This document shows, in pieces, positions 18,430 to 27,476 of a stretch of 64,000 nt of DNA; positions within the stretch are counted from its first letter, which is position 1, and the number at the start of each line of letters is the position of its first letter. The notes beneath the pieces are model-generated. The model was not told where the DNA came from, made no database searches, and saw only the letters and a list, made by a program, of their open reading frames with translations. The stretch comes from an uncultured Candidatus Saccharibacteria bacterium (GTDB lineage: Bacteria > Patescibacteriota > Minisyncoccia > Phycocordibacterales > UBA9973): contig CAYOLW010000005.1 in the NCBI GenBank assembly GCA_964404925.1, positions 5,458 to 69,457 of the forward strand, given 5' to 3'. The position numbers were made by a program, and so were the translations under genes.

Positions 18430-19020
18430 ATGTTTAACATTGATTGGCATATAATCGTCGGGAGTTTAGGTGGGTTGATTGCTTTTTTATCTATTGTTCC
18501 ATACGTTATGGATATCTTGCGTGGCACAACTAGACCAAATATTGCTTCGTATTCTCTTTGGGCTTTTCTAATTTTTATTTCAATGATGGCACAAATAGAG
18601 GCAGGGGCCTCTTGGTCATTAATCTTATTGATCGGTGACCTGCTGGCTGTATTAATAGTACTATTGTTTTGTGTTACAGGATATGGATATAAAAAATATT
18701 CATGGATTGAATACATTTGCTTCACTCTTGGTATTCTGGCAATTATTTTATGGCAAATAACCAGTCAACCACTTTTAGCAATTGGTTTTGCAGTTCTAGC
18801 AGACTTGATAGCGTCCATACCAACTGTCGTAAAAACTTATCGTGACCCATGGTCTGAACTTCCTTTTGCTTGGTTTCTGGTAGCCTTTGGGGCAATGCTC
18901 GGTATAGTATCTACCACTATCTGGAATCTAGAAAATATTTTATTCCCGTTAAATATTCTAATAATAAATGGAACGGTGGCGGTTATTGCATTTTGGGGTA
19001 GGCGCACGCAAAGTTCTTAA
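18430..19020 (+). CDS. hypothetical 6-TM membrane protein
   Basis: Hydrophobic throughout; followed by a 9-bp-stem hairpin TGAGCAAGG-CAAGA-CCTTGCTCA (19033-19055). Confidence 0.4.
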   Translation: MFNIDWHIIVGSLGGLIAFLSIVPYVMDILRGTTRPNIASYSLWAFLIFISMMAQIEAGASWSLILLIGDLLAVLIVLLFCVTGYGYKKYSWIEYICFTLGILAIILWQITSQPLLAIGFAVLADLIASIPTVVKTYRDPWSELPFAWFLVAFGAMLGIVSTTIWNLENILFPLNILIINGTVAVIAFWGRRTQSS

Positions 19021-19055
19021 AGGCACTCAAAATGAGCAAGGCAAGACCTTGCTCA

Positions 19056-19111
19056 CTAAATATATAGGTTTTTGATTTGCGGGATTGAGGTATGGATTTC
19101 AGAACTTTTGA
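19056..19111 (+). repeat. repeat copy D (CTAAATATATAGGTTTTTGATTTGCGGGATTGAGGTATGGATTTCAGAACTTTTGA)
   Basis: Degenerate tRNA-3'-end copy (GGGATTGAG). Confidence 0.65.
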
Positions 19112-19161
19112 GAAACTCTAATTTCATAAAAACGAGTCTTCTAAGTTTAAAATTAGTTAAA

Positions 19162-20094
19162 TTAATTTGAATCTAGCCTACCTAAAATAAAAGGATTGTG
19201 AGCAAACTTCTCAAACCACTTCAAATATTCCTCTAACACCATCATATTCCCACCAGCTTGAAAATCTATTCTAATGTCTTCAACAGCGTTTAATATGGTA
19301 TGAGCAACTAAACGCTCTCTTGATAACTTATTTCCAGAATACTTTTCATAACTACTAAACACAATTTCAGCGTAATCAGGATAGTCCTGTATATAGCGAG
19401 TAAGTCCAGCATGAATGTCACCGTATTCTGTATCTCCAAAATCAACCATAGATACAAATTTACCTTTATTGACTAATATATTTTCATGATGACTGTCGTT
19501 ATGTGATAAACCAAAGACTGCATCCTTCTTTGTTTTACTAAATATTTCAATAACCTGCTCGACAATGCTTTTGTAATTATTTGGAATATTGTCATCGGTC
19601 AGAAAAACATGAACACTCTCTTGTGTCTCTTTCTCAAAATCAGCATCTTGGTTTATTTTCAAATGAATTGTTTCTATTTCATTCGGGGTCAAGCTTTTTC
19701 CCAAATCAGCGTGGAATTTACCTAAATTCTCGCAAATTAATTTTCTATCTTCTTCAACTAGGTCTTCCCATGAATTCTGCATTGTGTCACCAGAAATAAA
19801 GTCATAACAATACATTTTTGGGTCTTCAGAAATATAAACTATCTTAGGGACTAAAAGTGATGGGTTGTTCTCATTTAACTTCTTAAGCAGTTCTGCTTCT
19901 ACCAATAAATCATTTTGCTCATCAGTATCCTTGTTAAATTTTTCCTGTTTTACTAAATACTCTAACTCTTCGTCAGTTTTCACATACCAAGCGTTATTAC
20001 ACATACCTTGACCTATTAACGAAAACTTAACAATACTTTTACCTAGTTTTTTTGCAACAACTTGTTCTAGATATTTTTCTTCTATTTCTTTCAT
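19162..20094 (-). CDS. phosphotransferase enzyme family (APH/choline-kinase-like) small-molecule kinase
   Basis: Catalytic loop HNDSHHENILVN; VDFGDTEYGD (DFG-equivalent); start ATG at 20094 preferred over the track's TTG at 20100. Confidence 0.7.
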   Translation of the reverse strand: MKEIEEKYLEQVVAKKLGKSIVKFSLIGQGMCNNAWYVKTDEELEYLVKQEKFNKDTDEQNDLLVEAELLKKLNENNPSLLVPKIVYISEDPKMYCYDFISGDTMQNSWEDLVEEDRKLICENLGKFHADLGKSLTPNEIETIHLKINQDADFEKETQESVHVFLTDDNIPNNYKSIVEQVIEIFSKTKKDAVFGLSHNDSHHENILVNKGKFVSMVDFGDTEYGDIHAGLTRYIQDYPDYAEIVFSSYEKYSGNKLSRERLVAHTILNAVEDIRIDFQAGGNMMVLEEYLKWFEKFAHNPFILGRLDSN

Positions 20095-20107
20095 AACCAA
20101 AGTATAT

Positions 20108-20173
20108 CAAAAGTTCGGAATTACACTACGGTATGCAAACTTAGGCCTATAAATATATAGGTTTTATGATGTG
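20108..20173 (+). repeat. repeat copy E (CAAAAGTTCGGAATTACACTACGGTATGCAAACTTAGGCCTATAAATATATAGGTTTTATGATGTG), contiguous with the intact tRNA-Trp 3' end
   Basis: Same conserved segment as copies B and C, running directly into the tRNA gene. Confidence 0.7.
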
Positions 20174-20244
20174 CGGGCGATGAGAGAATCGAACTCCCGC
20201 CAACGGTTTTGGAGACCGTTGTTCTGCCACTAAACTAATCGCCC
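20174..20244 (-). tRNA. tRNA-Trp (anticodon CCA); CCA not encoded
   Basis: Reverse complement GGGCGATTAGTTTAGTGGCAGAACAACGGTCTCCAAAACCGTTGGCGGGAGTTCGATTCTCTCATCGCCCG; anticodon stem ACGGT/ACCGT with loop CTCCAAA; T-loop TTCGATT. Confidence 0.85.
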
Positions 20245-20265
20245 GAAAACCCGCCTTGCGGCGGG
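20245..20265 (-). terminator. stem-loop CCCGCC-GCAA-GGCGGG followed by a U-tract, between rpmG and tRNA-Trp
   Basis: Read on minus strand; abuts the tRNA 5' end, so it may act as terminator, attenuator or processing site. Confidence 0.45.
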
Positions 20266-20389
20266 GTTTCGCGGAACGCAAAATAAAAAAAATGCGTTCC
20301 ATATATAAGGCCGAAGCCTCATAATAAAGAACACGCAACAGACGACCTGTTGCGCTATCAATTATACCAGAGTCAGAGAAAAAACAAAA

Positions 20390-20551
20390 CTATTTCTTGA
20401 GTTCTTTATGTTTAGTTTTAACCTTGCACCACTTGCAATATTTCGCCAATTCAAGCTTGGTGGTAACGGTCTTTTTGTTCTTGCTGGACCAGTAATTAAC
20501 CCTTTTGCACTTGCCGCAGGCGAACTTAATAAGTCTAACTTGTTTAGCCAT
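20390..20551 (-). CDS. rpmG: 50S ribosomal protein L33 (absent from ORF track)
   Basis: My translation: MAKQVRLIKFACGKCKRVNYWSSKNKKTVTTKLELAKYCKWCKVKTKHKELKK (C4 zinc ribbon); the usual rpmG-tRNA-Trp linkage is preserved. Confidence 0.85.
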   Translation of the reverse strand: MAKQVRLIKFACGKCKRVNYWSSKNKKTVTTKLELAKYCKWCKVKTKHKELKK

Positions 20552-20588
20552 GTGTCTAGATTAGCTCAAAATCGATAAAATTGCAATA

Positions 20589-21770
20589 TCATATTACCAC
20601 TCTTTTGATTTTTGGGTTCAAGCGATAAAAACGCTTAATAATAGGGTTAATTCTGGTAACAATCTCATAGTTAATAGTATCAGCATCTTGAGCCAGCATA
20701 TCAGCCTCGGCATAATGTCCGTGTGATCCACCAATTATGTCTATTTCATCCCCTGGTTTAGCCCCAGTTCCGGTCAAATCTACCATAACCATATCCATAC
20801 ATACAGTACCAATAATTTTAACCTTTTTACCATGAACAATAAAAACACCTTTCCTCGAAAGCGCTCGCGGGTATCCATGCCAATACCCAACCGGCACAAT
20901 ACCTACTACAGAGTTTCTTTTTAATTCTTCGGTTAAGTCATAACCCACCTTGGCCCCCTTGGGTAATTGCTTTGTTTCAGTGATAATCGACTTCCAAGAA
21001 AGCACCGGATGAAGTTTGTATTTTTTATTCATGACATTTTTAAGTTCACGAGAAGACCATAGCCCATATGAACCAATACCCACCCGTACCATATCATAAT
21101 GTAAGTCCGGAAAAAACATCGTCGAAGAAGAAGCACATAAATGTTTCAGGAATTTAAATCCAGCTCTTGAAAAAGCCTCGCTCCATACCTCAAGCTCACG
21201 TGCTTGCTGGTAAGTAAATTTTCTACCAGAGAGTGCTTCACCCACAGCCAAGTGGCTATACAAACCCTCTACACTGACAGAAGAAGACTGCTTTAAAATA
21301 TCAACTACTAGTGCAAGGTCTTCTTTCAAGAATCCTTGTCGCCTTAACCCGGTATCAGATTTAATATGTACTTTTAATTTATTTTTTAATTTTAATTTTT
21401 TTAAACAAACCAATGACTCATGGCTAGAAATAGTTACAGATATATCAAGGTTAGACGCTTCTTTAAAATACTCTGGGGAAACATAACCGAACACCAATAT
21501 GGGTGTTTTTATTTTTGCTTGTCTAATTTCTAAAGCTTCTTCAAAAGAATCCACTCCCAGAAATTGTGCACCCAGTGCCACTAATTCCTTGGTCATAGGT
21601 AAAAGCCCATGCCCGTAAGCATTAGATTTAACTACTGGCATTAGAATTGTTTTTTTATTTAGTAAACTTTTGAAAAGTTTGAAATTATGTTCAATAGCCT
21701 TGCGGTCAAGCTCTATCCAAGTTCGTAACTTGCTTTTTTCTTTTTTAGACAGAATTCTAGTACTCGGCAT
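20589..21770 (-). CDS. alr: alanine racemase
   Basis: PLP-Lys motif VVKSNAYGHG; C-terminal beta domain; start chosen at MPSTRIL (21770) to avoid a 68-nt overlap with ddl. Confidence 0.8.
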   Translation of the reverse strand: MPSTRILSKKEKSKLRTWIELDRKAIEHNFKLFKSLLNKKTILMPVVKSNAYGHGLLPMTKELVALGAQFLGVDSFEEALEIRQAKIKTPILVFGYVSPEYFKEASNLDISVTISSHESLVCLKKLKLKNKLKVHIKSDTGLRRQGFLKEDLALVVDILKQSSSVSVEGLYSHLAVGEALSGRKFTYQQARELEVWSEAFSRAGFKFLKHLCASSSTMFFPDLHYDMVRVGIGSYGLWSSRELKNVMNKKYKLHPVLSWKSIITETKQLPKGAKVGYDLTEELKRNSVVGIVPVGYWHGYPRALSRKGVFIVHGKKVKIIGTVCMDMVMVDLTGTGAKPGDEIDIIGGSHGHYAEADMLAQDADTINYEIVTRINPIIKRFYRLNPKIKRVVI

Positions 21771-24141
21771 TTTGGATAATAGTTTCGAGTAATTCTTTTG
21801 GATAAAGAGGTTTCTTCTCAGCAAGACCCTGATGATACAGCACGGTTGATGGCGTCAACCCAGGCAATGTGTTCACTTCTATTACCAGCAATTCCCCGCT
21901 TTGAATATTCATAAAAGCATCAATTCTTGCATAGCCAGTAAGGCCAATCTTTTGCGCCAATTCTTCAATTAATTTTTTAGTTTTCTTGATTGCTTTTTGC
22001 TTAACCACACTACCCGGTGGTGGAGTGAGGTTAACCCCAGTACCGCCTTGGAACTTCTCCTCCAGAGAAAGCACTTCACCTTCGGCAATAGTGATACTTG
22101 GATTCAGCGCATGATATTTACCTTTGTGTTCAAATAAACCCACCGTTACTTCAACCCAACCTGTTACCTTTTTGTGTTTGATTTTATTATCAACCACTCT
22201 AACCTTGTCAGTATAAATAAACTTTTCAAACATTATATCGTTTAATTTTGTTGTAGGCATTTCAACGATAGCATCCTGACTGGTTAATGTTCCAACAGGT
22301 ATGAAACTCGTCGCTTCAAACAGAAATTGCAAGTAGTTCATGAGGTCTCGTTCGTTGAATAAATGCGCCACACCCGTTGAGCATCCATCATCCTTGGGTT
22401 TAACTATCACAGTATTGGCTCCGAGTTGTGCCTTTAAAGCACGCCAAAACGCACTCACGTTTTGCAATTTCTCAAGCTCTTTGACTGTATACACTGCTTG
22501 CTCAGCAATACTCAGTCCTTTTATTTTAGCTTTTCTTATAAATTCACCAGTGTCCCATTTGTCCATACAAAGTCTAGAAACATGGGAATTAGAACCATTA
22601 TGTTTTACTTTGTTTTTCTCCAAAATAGCCTGGATTGTGCCGTTTTCACCAGCACCACCGTGTAGACCTAAGAATATAAATTTAGATTTATCTATCAATT
22701 CTTCCATAGTTATTTGTTCAGGTCTGAAGAAATCTTCTGTTGCATCACCAGGCTCAAGCATCAACTCTTCTTTGATTGGTTTGACCATATTGACTACTTT
22801 ATCGTAATTCTTTTTTGCTTCTTTTACGTTATCCAGGATTTCTTCGACGGTGTGATTTAGTATGAGCGCATAGGGTAGTTTCCATATTTCTCCTTTGAAA
22901 CCAAGCAAGTGTGGGATTGGTTCGTAGATCTTAGATTTCTTGAGCTTGAGCCACACATTGGTACCACTCATCAGTGATACTTGTCGCTCGGATGTATCCC
23001 CGCCGAATAGTACGGATACAGGTTTTCTTTTAAGATTTTTCTTGGATTCAATATTTGTATTAAATTTTACCCCTTGCCTCTGTGCAGAATTTTTAATAAC
23101 AAAACGCAAAAGCTCTCCGTGGCTCATTCCAATACGAGAAGACTGCTGGAACAAGAAACTATTTTGCTCCATTCCTGAGATCGTATTAAAGTCAGAGAAC
23201 CATATGTTGCCATCCGGCATCAACCATCCATCAAAACGAGCAAAATCTTTCATTCCAAAAAGAGAAAAAATTTGAGATGCTTGCACACGAATATTATTAA
23301 TCACTTCTTCGGAAAAACGTGGAGGGCAGTGGTATTTAACCTGGTTAGTTGGTAGATATTTCTTACGAAAGTCAAAAATCCTACCTTCATGGTAAGTCAT
23401 TTCAATTTCGGATGGTAACAATGCTACCGGTAGACCAAGTTTGTTTTGTAAAACTATTACAGTAAACTCGCGTCCAGTTGCAAAAGGCTCTAACACAACG
23501 CGTGTGTCCATGCGTTTAGAAAAAATGATATTTGCCTTTTCTAATGCTTCTTTGGGATTGTGGACAGTGAAAACCCCAATACTTGATCCAGAGGTAGCTG
23601 GCTTTACTATTGCTTTATCTATTTTATTTTTCTTAAAGAATTCCTTGATAACCTTTTCATTATCTGATGAATAAATCTTCAATAGCGCAGAAGGCAAAGT
23701 ATGGAATCCATTTTGACTTAATGTTTGGTTTGAATTGTGTTTATCAAAAGCTTCTTTGCAAGACTTAGATCCAGATCCAACAAACGGGACATTGTGTTTT
23801 TCTAAAAATTTCTGTATTTCTCCGTCTTCACCAAAGGCTCCATGCATAGCCGGGAAAACAATATCTACTGATTTCAACAATTTAACTAAGGATGTATTAT
23901 TTAACTCCTTCGCATGATTAGCTAATTTAAAATCAAAATCTGATGGGGTATTAGAATAAAGTTGCGCTTTTGATATCTTGTAAGCTTTCTTTTTTATATC
24001 AAAATATATTGGTACTACTTCAATACTGTCAGCATCCAAGTGATCAAGCACACTCCGAGCCGAATTAAGCGATATGCCCCTCTCGAGTGATGGTCCACCG
24101 GTCAAAACTGCAACTTTGAATTTCTTTGTTTTTTCAGTCAT
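21757..24141 (-). CDS. ddl: tandem-fused double D-alanine--D-alanine ligase (two complete Ddl/ATP-grasp modules in one 794-aa polypeptide)
   Basis: Module 1: KFKVAVLTGGPSLERGISLNSARSV ... KPATSGSSIGV ... SDFNTISGME. Module 2: KPVSVLFGGDTSERQVSLMSGTNV ... KPKDDGCSTGV ... ARIDAFM ... EVNTLPGLTPSTV. Confidence 0.75.
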   Translation of the reverse strand: MTEKTKKFKVAVLTGGPSLERGISLNSARSVLDHLDADSIEVVPIYFDIKKKAYKISKAQLYSNTPSDFDFKLANHAKELNNTSLVKLLKSVDIVFPAMHGAFGEDGEIQKFLEKHNVPFVGSGSKSCKEAFDKHNSNQTLSQNGFHTLPSALLKIYSSDNEKVIKEFFKKNKIDKAIVKPATSGSSIGVFTVHNPKEALEKANIIFSKRMDTRVVLEPFATGREFTVIVLQNKLGLPVALLPSEIEMTYHEGRIFDFRKKYLPTNQVKYHCPPRFSEEVINNIRVQASQIFSLFGMKDFARFDGWLMPDGNIWFSDFNTISGMEQNSFLFQQSSRIGMSHGELLRFVIKNSAQRQGVKFNTNIESKKNLKRKPVSVLFGGDTSERQVSLMSGTNVWLKLKKSKIYEPIPHLLGFKGEIWKLPYALILNHTVEEILDNVKEAKKNYDKVVNMVKPIKEELMLEPGDATEDFFRPEQITMEELIDKSKFIFLGLHGGAGENGTIQAILEKNKVKHNGSNSHVSRLCMDKWDTGEFIRKAKIKGLSIAEQAVYTVKELEKLQNVSAFWRALKAQLGANTVIVKPKDDGCSTGVAHLFNERDLMNYLQFLFEATSFIPVGTLTSQDAIVEMPTTKLNDIMFEKFIYTDKVRVVDNKIKHKKVTGWVEVTVGLFEHKGKYHALNPSITIAEGEVLSLEEKFQGGTGVNLTPPPGSVVKQKAIKKTKKLIEELAQKIGLTGYARIDAFMNIQSGELLVIEVNTLPGLTPSTVLYHQGLAEKKPLYPKELLETIIQNAEY

Positions 24142-24237
24142 TTTTTTGCAAAAAATTTAATCTAATATACCTTTATTTTACAAAACAAAATAGCAAAAAG
24201 CAAAGCTAAAGGCTCAAATTAGGTATTTGTTGCTAAA

Positions 24238-24999
24238 TTATCTAATTTGTAAAATAGTACTTGCTAAACTCTTTGGCACACTGGTGAGGCTTAATGCGCC
24301 TTTTTTAGTTACAAGGACCATGTCCTCTATCCGGATACCACCCCAGCCTTTCAGGTATATGCCTGGCTCAATAGTCATCACTACACCTTCTGGTAATACG
24401 TCCTCGCTTTTTGGTTTAAAATTCGGCCACTCATGGATAACAGTACCTACACCATGACCCAATCCATGCTGGAAATTGTCTTTATATTTTTTTGCCAGAA
24501 ATGCCCGAGCAGATTTATCTATGACCTTACATCTACGTTCTCCTTTATTAATAGCCACATAAGCCCTATCCATAGCTGACAGTACATCTGTATATACTTT
24601 TTTCTGCTTAGCAGAAGGCTCACCCCAGAAATAAGTGCGGGTCATGTCTGAACAGTAGTGCTTGATAGTAGTACCAAAATCAAACATTATAATAGCTCCC
24701 CCGCCTCCTCGGCGGGCAGGCTTTTTTAATCTAGTCTTGCCAGGTACATGATGAATATTCGCTGCATTTTTACCAAAAGCCACGATAGGATTAAAAGACA
24801 GAACAGGTGCGTTATATTTTATAAATTGCTTTTTAATGAAGTCCGCAACTTCTATTTCGGTGATACCATTTTTTAAAAAGTTTAAAGCATCTCCTAATAC
24901 CCTCTCGGATATCCTCTGAGCTAGCACAATATTAGCAACCTCTTCTTTGGTTTTTACTGCACGGATTTCATGAACTAATTGTGTTTTGTTGCTAGACAT
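24238..24999 (-). CDS. M24-family metallopeptidase (Xaa-Pro aminopeptidase / MetAP-like catalytic 'pita-bread' domain only)
   Basis: Metal ligands FDFGTTIKHYCSDMTRT (D,D), HGLGHGVG (H), IEPGIY (E), IRIEDMV (E); unusual GGGG insert. Confidence 0.7.
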   Translation of the reverse strand: MSSNKTQLVHEIRAVKTKEEVANIVLAQRISERVLGDALNFLKNGITEIEVADFIKKQFIKYNAPVLSFNPIVAFGKNAANIHHVPGKTRLKKPARRGGGGAIIMFDFGTTIKHYCSDMTRTYFWGEPSAKQKKVYTDVLSAMDRAYVAINKGERRCKVIDKSARAFLAKKYKDNFQHGLGHGVGTVIHEWPNFKPKSEDVLPEGVVMTIEPGIYLKGWGGIRIEDMVLVTKKGALSLTSVPKSLASTILQIR

Positions 25000-26050
25000 T
25001 AACTTTATTTTTTAATGATAACAAGCAAAGTTTATACAGAACCCTGGCACCTACGTTGCCATCCCATTCATCTTCTCCTGGTGCAACTTCAGACAAATCA
25101 AACCCTATGATTTGTTTACCACTTTGTAAAACTTTTTCAAATAAAAATATTATCTCATCAAGAGAAAAACCACCAACTACTGGCGTGCCAGTATTTGGTG
25201 AAAGGTATGGTGAGAGTCCATCTATATCAAAAGATATATAAACCTTCTCAGGTAATTCATTTACAATATTCTCGCACACCTTCCCCCATGTCGAGCCAGT
25301 AAATAAAGCTTTTCTTAATTCATACTCAGTAAACATTTTAACCCGACCATCTTCGCGATCCACCAAATCTTGTTCACTTTTTGAAAAATCGCGAATACCT
25401 ACTTGAACTAATTTATCTACTTGTTTTATTTTAAGTGCATTATAAAAAATAGAAGCATGTGAGTAGGTAAATCCTTCATATGCTTCACGTAAATCTGCGT
25501 GTGCATCAATATGCAAAATTCCAAAATTTTTATGCTTCTCAGCAAGCGCTTCCATGTATCCAAGCGGAGTACTGTGATCTCCACCCAATAATCCTACAAA
25601 TTTGCCTTGGTTTAATAAATCAGTAGTTATCGCTTTTACTTTTGATTTAAAATCTTCGCAGGATTTATTGATTTGCGACAAAAGTTCATTATCAATCTTG
25701 CCTTCTGTATATTTGGTCAAATAATCATCTACTTTGGCACGAGTTTCTATGTTTGATTTCTCTATATTTACATCTTTTTGTAAAATTGCCACACCCTCTC
25801 GCCAAGCAGTTGGACATAGTGGATCATATAGATCTATCTGTTGTGATGCTTCAAGCACTGCATCTGAACCCTCAACTGTACCAGTGGCATATGATACTGT
25901 TGCTTCCCAGGGTAGTGGTACAATTACAAGTTCTGATTCAGCAACATCAAACGGTAGACCAAAAATACCATGGTCTCTTAACCCGTTTTCATTTTCATTA
26001 AAATTTCTTAACTTTTCTTCTCTAATTTCTTTTCTTTTTTGTTCTTCCAT
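24992..26050 (-). CDS. speB: ureohydrolase family protein, likely agmatinase (putrescine-forming)
   Basis: GLLGGDHSTPLG, HIDAHADLRE, SFDIDGLSPYLSPNTGTPVVGGFS (Mn-binding DAHxD / DxDxxDP motifs). Confidence 0.65.
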   Translation of the reverse strand: MEEQKRKEIREEKLRNFNENENGLRDHGIFGLPFDVAESELVIVPLPWEATVSYATGTVEGSDAVLEASQQIDLYDPLCPTAWREGVAILQKDVNIEKSNIETRAKVDDYLTKYTEGKIDNELLSQINKSCEDFKSKVKAITTDLLNQGKFVGLLGGDHSTPLGYMEALAEKHKNFGILHIDAHADLREAYEGFTYSHASIFYNALKIKQVDKLVQVGIRDFSKSEQDLVDREDGRVKMFTEYELRKALFTGSTWGKVCENIVNELPEKVYISFDIDGLSPYLSPNTGTPVVGGFSLDEIIFLFEKVLQSGKQIIGFDLSEVAPGEDEWDGNVGARVLYKLCLLSLKNKVNV

Positions 26051-26204
26051 GCGTTTGTTTTATGTTAATAAACCTTACTTAAACTCTAGCACAATTTTTT
26101 GGAGATTCTCTATCTTGTCCTTACTGTCTATTTTTATACCTTCTTTTTTATAAAGTGCCATATAGATAATGCGATTTTTAGTACGCGTTCACTAAAGGTC
26201 ATTT

Positions 26205-27389
26205 TTATGACAACCTCTCTTTGAAATCTTTGTAATCAAATTCACGGATAACTTTTATTTCTCTTTCTTCATTCATGAGCGCGATGGAGGGTAGATTTAC
26301 ACCGTTAAAAGTATTGTTTTTAACCATGGTATAAATTGCCATATTGAGGAAGACAACTTTCTGTCCAATTTCAAGCTTGGTCGGGAAAGAATAGTCCCCA
26401 ATCACATCCCCAGTCAGGCATGTTGGGCCAACCAGACGATATATATTTTCATTTGAATCTTTGGCAAATTTAACACCCAGAATACGAGGTTGGTATGGAA
26501 TTTCTAAAACATCCGGCATGTGGCAAGTCGGTGACACATCAAGCACTGCAATATCCATGCCGTTGTGCAAAATATCAACCACACTACCCACGAGTACACC
26601 AGCATTCAATGCTACAGCCTCCCCTGGCTCAAGGTATACAGTCAAATGAGGATAACGAGATTTGAAATCATTAAGCGTGTCTTTTAGAAGTTCAAGGTTG
26701 TAATCATCACGAGTGATATGGTGTCCGCCACCAAAGTTCACCCATTTCATTTCAGATAAAAATTCACCAAATTTAGATTCAAAAACTGCCAAACTACGGA
26801 CGAATGCTTCAGCACTGGATTCACATAAATTATGAAAATGCAGTCCTTCTAATCCGTCTACACTGTTCGGCTCAAAATTATCCCGAGTTACACCAAAATG
26901 TGAATTGGATTTTGATGGATCGTACATCTCTACCTCAGCTTCCCTGTGTTCAAGATTTACCCTCATGCCACATGAAGCACCTTTTTCTAGAACAATATCT
27001 TTAAACTTTTTCCATTGAGAAAAAGAATTGAAAACAAGGTGGTCTGCGTATTTTAGATATTCATGTATATTTTCTTCTGTATATGAAGGAGAAAAAGCAT
27101 GGGTTTCCTTGCCAAATTCTTCGTGGCCTAGACGTGCTTCAAAAACTGAGCTTGCCTCGCTGCCAGATAAATACTTCTTGGCAATATCAAAAGTCGAAAA
27201 CATCGAGAACCCTTTGAGCGCTGCTAAAACCCGAACCCCAGTATCCTGCTCTAAAGTATTTAAAATATCTAAATTACTTTCTAGCTTTTCTTCTGAAACC
27301 ACGTACGCTGGGGTTGCCACCTTGGCAAAGTCATCCGTCTGCCAACCCTCCTCACTCACCCACGGTTCGATAAATTTTTCTTCGTTCAT
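26205..27389 (-). CDS. nspC: carboxynorspermidine/carboxyspermidine decarboxylase (PLP-dependent)
   Basis: LKGFSMFSTFDIAKKYLSGSEASSVFEARLGHEEFGKETHAFSPSY closely parallels the NspC N-terminal region; about 390 aa. Confidence 0.8.
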   Translation of the reverse strand: MNEEKFIEPWVSEEGWQTDDFAKVATPAYVVSEEKLESNLDILNTLEQDTGVRVLAALKGFSMFSTFDIAKKYLSGSEASSVFEARLGHEEFGKETHAFSPSYTEENIHEYLKYADHLVFNSFSQWKKFKDIVLEKGASCGMRVNLEHREAEVEMYDPSKSNSHFGVTRDNFEPNSVDGLEGLHFHNLCESSAEAFVRSLAVFESKFGEFLSEMKWVNFGGGHHITRDDYNLELLKDTLNDFKSRYPHLTVYLEPGEAVALNAGVLVGSVVDILHNGMDIAVLDVSPTCHMPDVLEIPYQPRILGVKFAKDSNENIYRLVGPTCLTGDVIGDYSFPTKLEIGQKVVFLNMAIYTMVKNNTFNGVNLPSIALMNEEREIKVIREFDYKDFKERLS

Positions 27390-27476
27390 AATAATTATAA
27401 TTTTTAAAAAGAATCTTTTCGAATGGTCTGGTGAATTGATCCGAGGACCTGAGAAAAGATTACTTTTTAAAAATAA

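Noticed and set aside
16181-20173. Repeats as CRISPR array
   Set aside because: Units are ~60-145 bp with 0.7-1.2 kb gene-containing 'spacers'; no short regular repeat-spacer periodicity and no cas genes.
20589-21824. 68-nt alr/ddl overlap implied by the longest alr ORF
   Set aside because: An internal Met (MPSTRIL…) removes the overlap and still precedes the conserved PLP-binding region.
22340-23917. Several + strand ORFs within the double-ddl gene
   Set aside because: Shadow ORFs opposite a continuous 794-aa Ddl-Ddl frame.
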